A program made the translations under genes and the position numbers. Under the pieces are notes generated by a model. That model saw only the letters and a list, made by a program, of their open reading frames with translations. It was not told the origin of the DNA and made no database searches. Shown in pieces: positions 56,710 through 64,000 of a DNA stretch of 64,000 bases. The first letter of the stretch is position 1. Each line of letters begins with the position of its first letter. The DNA comes from an uncultured Clostridia bacterium (GTDB lineage Bacteria > Bacillota > Clostridia > Christensenellales > UBA1242), in the NCBI GenBank assembly GCA_944376825.1, contig CALWDY010000014.1, positions 119,444 to 183,443 on the forward strand, in the 5' to 3' direction.

Positions 56710-57735
56710 TTAATCTAATTTATTATTGCATATTTCACAAATTGTTGCATCTTCGTTGTTTTTGTATCCACATAGTTTACATTCTTTTACTATTTGGTCT
56801 TGTTTATACAAATTATCTAAATTAAGGTCAACAAATTCCTCTTCTTTATTAGTGTTTTCTATTTTTTCATTAATGTCATTATTGCAATTTAATAAAATTT
56901 CTTCTTTTGATGCATCTTCAATTATTATACTTCCAAAAGGAACATAATCTTGTTTTTCTAATTTTGCACCCTTTAATGTATCTTCTGCATTTTTGTCTTG
57001 AAAATCTATTTGTTCTTGTTTTGTTTTTAAATTGTTTTCATACTCTTTTTGAAATTTTTTTGGCAATATGTATTTTATTTCACCAAGGTTAAAAAGCATT
57101 ATTCCTAATTTTGATAACTTTTGAGATAACTCCCCCATTAAATTTTGTTCAATTATTGGATTTGAATAAATAAATTCCGACAATGCAAAATTATATTTAT
57201 TGAGTATTGACACAACAAAATCTGAAACATACGATAAAACAATTTTTTCGGCTTCGCCTCGTTTTAAATAAGAATATTCATACAAAAGTGCTTTCATTAG
57301 TTTTGTTGCATCAACAACTTTAAATTTCAATATTGCTTTGAGCCCAACTTTAAAAACTCCCGTTGCTCGCCTTCCAAGTTCTGCCTTCTCTTGTGTTGAA
57401 AAATTCAATTCATAATCATTTATATTTACAAAATACGCTTGGGCTTTGAAAGATTTTTTATTGTTGTTATTTTTGTTTGTTTTATGAATTTTTAACCTTT
57501 TGCAACATTCAGGAAGAGTTGCAACAGACAAATTGTATTCTCCTTCTCCAAAATGGTCGAGCGCCTTACCATTATGCCCTATAACAAAAACAAAACCACT
57601 AGGAACCTTTACCTTTGAATTTATTTTTATTTTTCCATGTTTTAAAGGATAAATACAAACAAGCCCACTTAAACTATTTGGTGTGGGGGTTATGTCACTT
57701 GAAAAAAAATTTTTGAAGCTTTTAAAAAATCCCAT
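56710..57735 (-). CDS. SPFH-like (YdjI-type) protein with a C-terminal zinc ribbon
   Basis: 341 aa. The N-terminus MGFFKSFKNFF and the AQAYFVNINDYELNFST block resemble B. subtilis YdjI (MSFF..., vlFVNtkef..rWGT). The C-terminus is CKLCGYKNNEDATICEICNNKL (CxxC-x10-CxxC). Confidence 0.45.
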   Translation of the reverse strand: MGFFKSFKNFFSSDITPTPNSLSGLVCIYPLKHGKIKINSKVKVPSGFVFVIGHNGKALDHFGEGEYNLSVATLPECCKRLKIHKTNKNNNNKKSFKAQAYFVNINDYELNFSTQEKAELGRRATGVFKVGLKAILKFKVVDATKLMKALLYEYSYLKRGEAEKIVLSYVSDFVVSILNKYNFALSEFIYSNPIIEQNLMGELSQKLSKLGIMLFNLGEIKYILPKKFQKEYENNLKTKQEQIDFQDKNAEDTLKGAKLEKQDYVPFGSIIIEDASKEEILLNCNNDINEKIENTNKEEEFVDLNLDNLYKQDQIVKECKLCGYKNNEDATICEICNNKLD

Positions 57736-57821
57736 TGCTGAACAAGTATATCACAATTAATTAAATTATGCAAACACGAATAATATTGTTTTGCCTTTAA
57801 TAAATTATTTTAGGAGGAAAA

Positions 57822-58520
57822 ATGAAATTATCTGAAATCATAGGTAAACGAGTCTTTGTTATATATGATGCAAAATTTTTAGGCACAGTACATGATGTGG
57901 CATTTGATGAGAAATATAAAAAAGTTTTAGGTTTTTATTTTTTTGATCAGGATGAAAACGAATATTATTTGAAAACGCAAAATATATTTGGCATAAAAGA
58001 TTATATAACAATTAAAAACTCTTCAAAAATTACAAGTAATTTTTTGCTGGACAAACCTTTATCACCACTTGGAAAGCAAGTTGTTGATATAAATGGACAA
58101 GACTACGATATCTTAAATGATGTTGAAATTGACCAAAATTTTATGGTGCAAACTTTTATAACAAAAAATCAAAAATTTTCGTCATCTAAAATTATGCACA
58201 TTTCACATTCTATTATTGTGGCAGAAAATGCAAAGATGCAAAATTTTAAACCCAAAAAAACAAAACAAAATGAGGAAATGTTAAACAATTTAACCGTTAG
58301 TATAATGAAAATGGACGATGTTAAATCTTCTCCAATAACGCTTATGCCACCAAAAATTACTGTAAACAGTGACATACTGCTCGGCAAACGACTTGCAAAA
58401 GATATTCTTGGAAAAAACAACGAACTCATTTTAAAGCAAAATCAAATAATAACCCCAAAACAAGTTATTATTGCAAAACAACATGAAAAATTAAACGAAT
58501 TGTTTTACAGTGTTTATTAA
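57822..58520 (+). CDS. PRC-barrel domain protein (two PRC-like segments)
   Basis: MKLSEIIGKRVFVIYDAKFLGTVHDVAFDEKYKKVLGFYF fits the PRC-barrel N-terminal pattern. A second similar segment is LSPLGKQVVDINGQDYDILNDVEID. The RBS is AGGAGG. Confidence 0.45.
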   Translation: MKLSEIIGKRVFVIYDAKFLGTVHDVAFDEKYKKVLGFYFFDQDENEYYLKTQNIFGIKDYITIKNSSKITSNFLLDKPLSPLGKQVVDINGQDYDILNDVEIDQNFMVQTFITKNQKFSSSKIMHISHSIIVAENAKMQNFKPKKTKQNEEMLNNLTVSIMKMDDVKSSPITLMPPKITVNSDILLGKRLAKDILGKNNELILKQNQIITPKQVIIAKQHEKLNELFYSVY

Positions 58521-58551
58521 AAAAACAAGACCTTTTTTAGGTCTTGTTTTT
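58521..58551. terminator. Bidirectional rho-independent terminator
   Basis: A 13-bp stem (58521..58533 pairs with 58539..58551) with a T5 loop and A/T-run arms. It lies between convergent genes. Confidence 0.65.
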
Positions 58552-60735
58552 TTAGTTGATTAAGTTTTTAAAATTTTTTGCCTGATTCGCCTTTTGCCTT
58601 TTTATTAATCTTAAAGCAGCATCAATTTTCTTTTGATTTTCTTCTTCCATATATTTTATTGCGTTTTTAGCAATTTCATCACCAGCATTTGCAGTTCCAT
58701 TTTTCATTTGTTCCACAATTTCTTTTTGCCTTTTGCTTACATATTCTTCTTTTTTACCAATATTTCTTTGAACATCACCTTGTGTTAAACCTTTTCCACT
58801 TACCAAAACAGTATCTTTTGCAAGTTCACTGGCCCCATTTTTTTCCCAAGTGTTAAAATCTATTGTTTTATCGGTGTTGTTATTTGTAAAATATTGCTTT
58901 AAGTAATCATTTTTTGTTGCATATGCAGCTTGTTGTGATTTTGTCATGCTTTCCCATTGACTATTTGCATCGGCATATGACCCTATTGCTGTGCTATCAG
59001 CAAATTCTTGCGCAGTTTTTGTTCCCCCGCGAGAAACATAATCGTTGTAGGCTTGTTGACTTTTTGTTTGATAACCTTTATCGTATTCTTTTTCTATTTC
59101 TTTATTTACAGAAACAAGCGCTTCTTGTCTTATTTTTTCATCTGTCTTTGATGCCTGCATAGCATCTTTTTTGTCGCGATTAGTTAAATTCCCCCTATCT
59201 CCATCACTTCTTCTTGCGCCATTCGAAATTTTTGAACCTAACCAGCCACCTAGTCTTCCAGACAATGACCCACCGCGTGGAGCAGATGCGCCTTTTGTTA
59301 CAATAGCAGCACCAAGATTTCCTGCAAAATTTGCAGTGCTTACTAATCCCTTTTGAACAGGATTCCACAAATTATCGTTTACTTGTTTTTGAAGATCTCC
59401 GCCATCTTTATAAAGGTATCCAGAATGAAGTGATTTTGCAACAACATCATCGATTTTCGAAACAGCCAATAGTCCCGCCACAATAAAGATCATTTGAACA
59501 ACCAAGTCCGGAAATCCCCCCAAATAATCAGGCCCAAACATCCCAAAAGTTTGAAATATTGGAATTATCATAAAGAGTATGTTCATGGAAAACACTGCCG
59601 TGTACGCACTTATTGTTTTTTCAACAAAATTTTTACTCCAAGATGACAGTCCAGAACCGCCATCAATTGGCATCATTGCAGTTACTAGTGGTCCAACCAT
59701 TAAAAGTGCAAGCAAGCTAAATATACGACTTATTAAACCAAAGGTAAAAGTTATCATTGTTTTTGCTAGAATCCAAACAAGGAAAATTGCAATAATAAAA
59801 TTATATTTCCATAAATCATAATAATAGTTCACAAGGCCTATATCGTATCTATTAAAATATTCAATTTGAGAAGTTGGCGTTCCCCATGCAAAACTCGAAC
59901 TTGGAGCTTTGCTTCCATCAAGCGTTTGTGGGGTTTTTAGTTTTGCATTCATCATAAACATTGTATCAATTAAATCAGCACATTCACTTTGGTTATCCGG
60001 TTCGTTAAATATCTCAAAATTTGTTGTTGAACCCTCTGCACTTTCTTCATACAAAATTACTGTTTCATAAAAGTTTTTGTCATTTCTAACCCTATTTGCA
60101 GTATACAAACCAATTCTATTTGCCAATCCTGCAAGCGGGGTTGCATTGGCGGGTGCAATTTGTCCAAAAAATATGTTATAAATATATGTATCGTTTTCTT
60201 TAACAAGTTTGTTTTCAATGTTGCTATCCACACTAATTAAACTTGTGTTAGATACATTTGTTGCAGAATCTACTGCCAATAAAACTGCATTCCCAAAAAA
60301 CAAACCAAAATAACAAGCAAGCGGAACAAGAACAAAAGAAATTATTGCCTTCATCATGTTTCCTATTATTTTGCCTTTACTAGTGCCCTTGCTTTTTGGT
60401 TCGCCAGGATTTGTTTTTCCAGGAGAATATTCAATTTTAATTATAGCCGCAATTGTTGTTGCAAATAATAAGATTGATGCCAATATTACAATACTCCAAA
60501 ACGTAACAGCGATTACACTATACTCGTTGTTATCTCCACTAAAAAATGTTTTTTGAATTATTTGCAAAACAAAATCGCCAGATTTTTCAATTTTTTCACC
60601 GTTAAGATAATATGTATCCAAGCCTGCTAGTTTTCTAAACATAAATTGAAAAATTTCAACCATCATCAAAGCATTTGATACTAACCAGTAAAACGCTTGT
60701 GGAATAATAAGGAACAAATCACCTATACCGCTCAT
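58552..60735 (-). CDS. Large polytopic membrane protein with a roughly 250-aa hydrophilic C-terminal tail; candidate VirB6-like T4SS channel component
   Basis: 727 aa with multiple hydrophobic helices in the N-terminal two thirds and a K/Q/A/E-rich tail. The RBS is AGGAGA. It is adjacent to the pilin-like and coupling-protein genes. The functional assignment rests on context and topology only. Confidence 0.4.
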   Translation of the reverse strand: MSGIGDLFLIIPQAFYWLVSNALMMVEIFQFMFRKLAGLDTYYLNGEKIEKSGDFVLQIIQKTFFSGDNNEYSVIAVTFWSIVILASILLFATTIAAIIKIEYSPGKTNPGEPKSKGTSKGKIIGNMMKAIISFVLVPLACYFGLFFGNAVLLAVDSATNVSNTSLISVDSNIENKLVKENDTYIYNIFFGQIAPANATPLAGLANRIGLYTANRVRNDKNFYETVILYEESAEGSTTNFEIFNEPDNQSECADLIDTMFMMNAKLKTPQTLDGSKAPSSSFAWGTPTSQIEYFNRYDIGLVNYYYDLWKYNFIIAIFLVWILAKTMITFTFGLISRIFSLLALLMVGPLVTAMMPIDGGSGLSSWSKNFVEKTISAYTAVFSMNILFMIIPIFQTFGMFGPDYLGGFPDLVVQMIFIVAGLLAVSKIDDVVAKSLHSGYLYKDGGDLQKQVNDNLWNPVQKGLVSTANFAGNLGAAIVTKGASAPRGGSLSGRLGGWLGSKISNGARRSDGDRGNLTNRDKKDAMQASKTDEKIRQEALVSVNKEIEKEYDKGYQTKSQQAYNDYVSRGGTKTAQEFADSTAIGSYADANSQWESMTKSQQAAYATKNDYLKQYFTNNNTDKTIDFNTWEKNGASELAKDTVLVSGKGLTQGDVQRNIGKKEEYVSKRQKEIVEQMKNGTANAGDEIAKNAIKYMEEENQKKIDAALRLIKRQKANQAKNFKNLIN

Positions 60736-60883
60736 TACATTCTCCTAAAATATATACCTTTGATGTTAGTATAACAAATTATTTTTAAATTGTACATAGT
60801 TTTTTAAATTTTTATAAAATAAATTAAATAATTTATATTTATTTTAAAATTTTAGATAAATAATAAAAAATAATCAAAAATAC

Positions 60884-60913
60884 AAAAAAACTCGGAAATT
60901 TCCGAGTTTTTTT
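60884..60913 (-). terminator. Rho-independent terminator after the pilin-like gene
   Basis: CTCGGA/TCCGAG core with an AATT loop, extended by A7/T7 runs to about 13 bp. It lies 11 nt downstream of the stop at 60924. Confidence 0.6.
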
Positions 60914-60923
60914 TAAACATCTT

Positions 60924-61289
60924 TTAAGCGCCTGTTCCTGTTTCAGGTTCAGCAGGGCTTACAAACGCTGGTAATATTTGATTTATAAACAACTTAAAGA
61001 ACAATATAAGTGCTATAATAATTGCAAGACCAACAATAACATTTATAAGTCTCTTTTTTGCTTCTTCTCTTTTTTCAGTAGAATCTGCCCTTGCCATGTT
61101 GACACCAATAACAACTGCATATATCATACCAAAAGCACCAACAACGATTAACAATGGATATAAAAGTGTGTCTACTGCATTAACGATATCTTTTACCCAA
61201 CCCCATTCTTCTGGTAAGTCATCGACACCAGCCATTGTGTTGCCCATGCCAAGTAGATATGTAGTCATTTTTGTCAAAAATAAATTCAT
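60924..61289 (-). CDS. Small two-TM protein, candidate VirB2/TrbC-like (pilin-like) conjugal transfer protein
   Basis: The probable start is MNLFLTK at 61289, 6 nt after GGAGG; the listed ORF begins at an upstream TTG. There is an N-terminal leader-like segment, then two hydrophobic helices (LLYPLLIVVGAFGMIYAVVIGV and VIVGLAIIIALILFFKLFI) separated by a charged loop (ARADSTEKREEAKKR). This is the VirB2-type topology. Confidence 0.4.
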   Translation of the reverse strand: MNLFLTKMTTYLLGMGNTMAGVDDLPEEWGWVKDIVNAVDTLLYPLLIVVGAFGMIYAVVIGVNMARADSTEKREEAKKRLINVIVGLAIIIALILFFKLFINQILPAFVSPAEPETGTGA

Positions 61290-61506
61290 AACCTTCCTCC
61301 CCAAATTTAATTATTTATTTGCAAAAAATATAAACATTATGCATCTTGCAAATTAATTTACGATTTAATAGTATCACATATTTTGTAAATAGCAAAACAT
61401 TTTTATAATATTTTTTTATTTTTTATCATTTTTTAAAATACTTTAAAAATAAAATTAAAATGTTTAAAAAATTTTTATTTAATTTGTTTGCGGTAATATA
61501 ATTTAA

Positions 61507-61535
61507 TTGACTTATAATATTTTATAAAGTAAAAT
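61507..61535 (+). promoter_or_regulatory. Candidate sigma-A promoter of the coupling-protein gene (TTGACT-17-TAAAAT)
   Basis: TTGACT is at 61507..61512, followed by a 17-nt spacer and TAAAAT at 61530..61535. It lies about 45 nt upstream of the ATG at 61580, which is preceded by GGGAGA. Confidence 0.4.
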
Positions 61536-61579
61536 TATTTTGATTTTAAACACAAAATACCCTTGGGAGAAAAAAATAG

Positions 61580-63550
61580 ATGAAAAAATTAAAAAATTCA
61601 ATAATTGCTTTGGTTGTTTTGTATGTAGTTGGCATTATCGCATCTATGTTTATAAACAAAACAACTTTTACTTCTGCCCTGTCTGATAGTGTAACTTTAA
61701 TTGTTTTTGGAATTGGCCTTTTGGGTGTAATTTTATACATCTCATCTTCAAACAAAACTATTGTAGAAGATAAAGATGGCTTCACTGGAAAAACGCAAAG
61801 TGGTCAAAATATGAGTCAACACTATGAGGCAAGGTTTGTAACCGAACAAGAACTTTTAACAAATCCAGCATTTATGCCAACAACATGGAAACAACTTCCC
61901 AAACTGAAAAAAACCGGCGTTATGATTAGAAGTTTATATAAAAACGGTCAAATGCACATAAACATGTATAATCCTATTCACACCCTTATAATAGGAACAA
62001 CTGGTTCTGGTAAAACAACTTTCGTTTTAGATCCCGCAATAAGAGTATATGCACACTCTGCTGAAAAACCATGTATGGTAATCACCGACCCAAAAGGCGA
62101 ACTTTACAACAACCACTCTGTGCAACTAAGAGAAGAAGGATATCGCATTATTACAATAGATTTAAGAAACCCTTATGCTTCAACAAGATGGAATCCAATG
62201 GAACATTCCTTTGATATGTATACGCGCGCCCATCATTTAGAAGAAGAAGTTAAAGTATATAAAGGTGCTAGTCCAAAAGAAGTTGGTGGTTATAAAATTA
62301 TTGCTGACAAATATGACGAACAATGGTATGGTTTTAACAAAATAGCCTATCCAGACAAAGATAAACTAATGCAAGATTTGGAAGCAAAGAGACAATCGTT
62401 AATAAACGAAGCAGAAAACGAACTTCGTGAAATTTGTAGCACAATTGTAACAATCGAAAGCAAAACAGACCAAGGCTGGGAACGTGGTGCACAAGACTTT
62501 TTGTATGGCCTTATGCTTGCAATGCTTGAAGACAGTTTAAACCCCGAACTTGGAATGACAAAAGAAAAATTTAATTTTTATAACTTAGTAAAAATTGCAA
62601 CATACAGAGATACTGATGGCGAGAATATGATGAAAACACTTCAACAATACACAACCGGAAGAGGAGATTTTTCAAAAGTTCCTGCCCTAACCAGCACAGT
62701 AGTAAACAACGCCCCAAACACAACACGAAGTTACTTGGGTGTTTTGCAACCCAAAATTGCAATTTTTCAAGACATGGGCATTTGTTATTGTACAAGCGGA
62801 ACAGATGTAAACTTTGAAGACTTTACCGACAAACCAACTGTTTTATTTATAAAAGTTCCCGATGAAAAAGAAAGTAGACACAGCATTGCAACAATGTGTA
62901 TTTCTCAAATGTACAAAACTTTAATTGATGTTGCATCTCAAAGGCCAAACCTTCAACTTCCAAGACCGGTATATTTTCTTCTTGATGAGTTTGCAAACTT
63001 GCCAAAGATTGAAAAAATGGACACAATTATCACAGTTGCCCGTTCAAGAAGAATTTACTTTGAACTTGCAATTCAATCATACAGTCAACTTGACAACAAA
63101 TACACAAAAGAAGTTGCCGACACTATTAAAGGCAACTGCAACATACAAATTTTTATTGGAACAGAAGATCAAAAAACACGAGAAGAATTTTCAAAAATGT
63201 GTGGCGAAGTAACATTGAAAACAAAAAGTGTTTCACAAAACAAATCAGAAAAAAATGATAAAGAAAGCACAAAAACAATAGGTAGTCAAATTGTTACAAG
63301 ACCTTTAATTGAACCTTATGAATTAGGTCAATTGCCATACGATGTGAACATTGTTAAAATTTATGGACAACCACCAATAAAAACAAAAATGACACAATAT
63401 TTTAAAAATCCAGCATTAGACCAAAGAAAAGCGGCTGAAGAATATGTGCCTAGCAAACATTTAAATGAAAAAGCAATATTTTATGATATTAAAGCTAGGA
63501 ATTCAAAAGTATTTAAAAGAAACAGCATTTTAGATGACTTTGATTTTTAA
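61580..63550 (+). CDS. Type IV secretion system coupling protein (VirD4/TraG/TraD family ATPase)
   Basis: 656 aa. It has two N-terminal TM helices, Walker A IIGTTGSGKTT and a Walker B-like YFLLDEFANLP. The overall organisation is typical of T4SS coupling proteins. Confidence 0.8.
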   Translation: MKKLKNSIIALVVLYVVGIIASMFINKTTFTSALSDSVTLIVFGIGLLGVILYISSSNKTIVEDKDGFTGKTQSGQNMSQHYEARFVTEQELLTNPAFMPTTWKQLPKLKKTGVMIRSLYKNGQMHINMYNPIHTLIIGTTGSGKTTFVLDPAIRVYAHSAEKPCMVITDPKGELYNNHSVQLREEGYRIITIDLRNPYASTRWNPMEHSFDMYTRAHHLEEEVKVYKGASPKEVGGYKIIADKYDEQWYGFNKIAYPDKDKLMQDLEAKRQSLINEAENELREICSTIVTIESKTDQGWERGAQDFLYGLMLAMLEDSLNPELGMTKEKFNFYNLVKIATYRDTDGENMMKTLQQYTTGRGDFSKVPALTSTVVNNAPNTTRSYLGVLQPKIAIFQDMGICYCTSGTDVNFEDFTDKPTVLFIKVPDEKESRHSIATMCISQMYKTLIDVASQRPNLQLPRPVYFLLDEFANLPKIEKMDTIITVARSRRIYFELAIQSYSQLDNKYTKEVADTIKGNCNIQIFIGTEDQKTREEFSKMCGEVTLKTKSVSQNKSEKNDKESTKTIGSQIVTRPLIEPYELGQLPYDVNIVKIYGQPPIKTKMTQYFKNPALDQRKAAEEYVPSKHLNEKAIFYDIKARNSKVFKRNSILDDFDF

Positions 63551-63564
63551 TTAAAAATAATTTT

Positions 63565-63600
63565 ATTCCCTTATTTATTAAGGGAATTTTTATTTTTTTT
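63565..63600 (+). terminator. Rho-independent terminator after the coupling-protein gene
   Basis: ATTCCCTTA/TAAGGGAAT 9-bp stem with a 5-nt loop, followed by TTTTTATTTTTTTTT. Confidence 0.6.
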
Positions 63601-63719
63601 TACATTATTTAACATAAATAACTAATAATAAAATAATTAACAAATAAATATACACAATATATTTGTCAAAAAGACTAAAAATATGATAATATTTTTAATG
63701 AATTGTAGAGGTGTTTTTT

Positions 63720-64000
63720 ATGAAAAAAAAATATTTAATTAATTTATTATTTAGTTTTTTTGTTTTTTCGTTTGCTTTTTGTGGCATTTATTTTTTTAAT
63801 AATTCTCAAAATAAAACAATTTACGGCGCAGGCGAAATTCCCACTTATTTTACCGTAAATCAATATCAAAACGGAAATACTTTAATTGCCAGCATTGAAA
63901 ACAATGGTGTTGCTTTTGTTTCGCCAACACACACTATTGTTGCAAAATTGCAGTCCAATTCCATTAAACACATATCCCCTTATTTCACTTTAAACGGACA
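63720..64000 (+). CDS. Partial CDS (N-terminal 93 codons) of a signal-anchored hypothetical protein; it continues beyond the window
   Basis: ATG at 63720 lies behind AGAGGTG. The frame is open to the window end. The N-terminus MKKKYLINLLFSFFVFSFAFCGIYFF is a signal or TM anchor. It is not in the supplied ORF track, presumably because no stop is reached. Confidence 0.45.
   Translation, partial: MKKKYLINLLFSFFVFSFAFCGIYFFNNSQNKTIYGAGEIPTYFTVNQYQNGNTLIASIENNGVAFVSPTHTIVAKLQSNSIKHISPYFTLNG

Larger units (their letters stand above)
58552..64000. mobile_element. Partial type IV secretion / conjugation-like gene module (possible integrative conjugative element; boundaries not visible)
   Basis: A VirD4-like ATPase, a pilin-like 2-TM protein, a VirB6-like polytopic protein and a further anchored protein are clustered. 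No integrase, relaxase, VirB4 or att repeats are visible within the window. Confidence 0.35.

Noticed and set aside
61546-63212. ORFs 61546..61785 (-), 62571..62795 (-) and 62925..63212 (+) overlapping the coupling-protein gene
   Set aside because: They are alternative-frame or antisense ORFs inside a well-supported 656-aa ATPase gene, with no motifs or RBS.
1-64000. CRISPR arrays, tRNA/rRNA genes, transposases, integrases and reverse transcriptases
   Set aside because: No regularly spaced direct repeats occur outside coding sequence. All intergenic gaps are 350 bp or shorter, very AT-rich and lack tRNA-like GC-rich stems. No ORF shows DDE, tyrosine- or serine-recombinase, or RT motifs.

Overview
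AT-rich (by eye roughly 30% G+C) chromosomal segment from a Bacillota/Clostridia-like bacterium that appears able to sporulate. All homology calls come from motifs read in the supplied translations; no database search or folding program was run. Almost everything between 0.5 and 51 kb is on the minus strand. Core genes present: a cysK fragment, rpoC, rpoB, spoIIID, acpP, a SpoIIQ-like M23 peptidase, a pth-mfd-PrsA-like block, and a DnaB/DnaD-type initiator with a DnaI loader. The dominant feature is a two-gene operon of about 29 kb, roughly 45% of the window. It encodes paralogous giant lipoproteins of 6459 aa (17767..37146) and 3192 aa (8115..17693). Both are built from Ig-like segments and ten GLUG-like beta-solenoid modules. 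The operon has a perfect TTGACA-17-TATAAT promoter, no associated secretion genes and no recognisable catalytic motif. It sits between spoIIID and an rpoBC pair that has lost its usual ribosomal-protein neighbours. This is my best candidate for an undescribed system, most likely a lipid-anchored giant surface fibril or adhesin pair. The right end (58.5-64 kb) carries part of a type IV secretion/conjugation-like module that runs off the window: a VirD4/TraG coupling ATPase, a pilin-like 2-TM protein and a VirB6-like polytopic protein. Smaller points: a 14-nt inverted repeat bracketing the rpoB promoter, a sigma-E-like spoIIID promoter, two apparently degenerate enzyme homologues (GlmU-like, glycerol-1-P dehydrogenase-like), an XRE repressor divergent from a secreted protein with an operator-like palindrome, and an unlisted 55-codon ORF. 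No rRNA, tRNA, CRISPR array, transposase or integrase was recognised.
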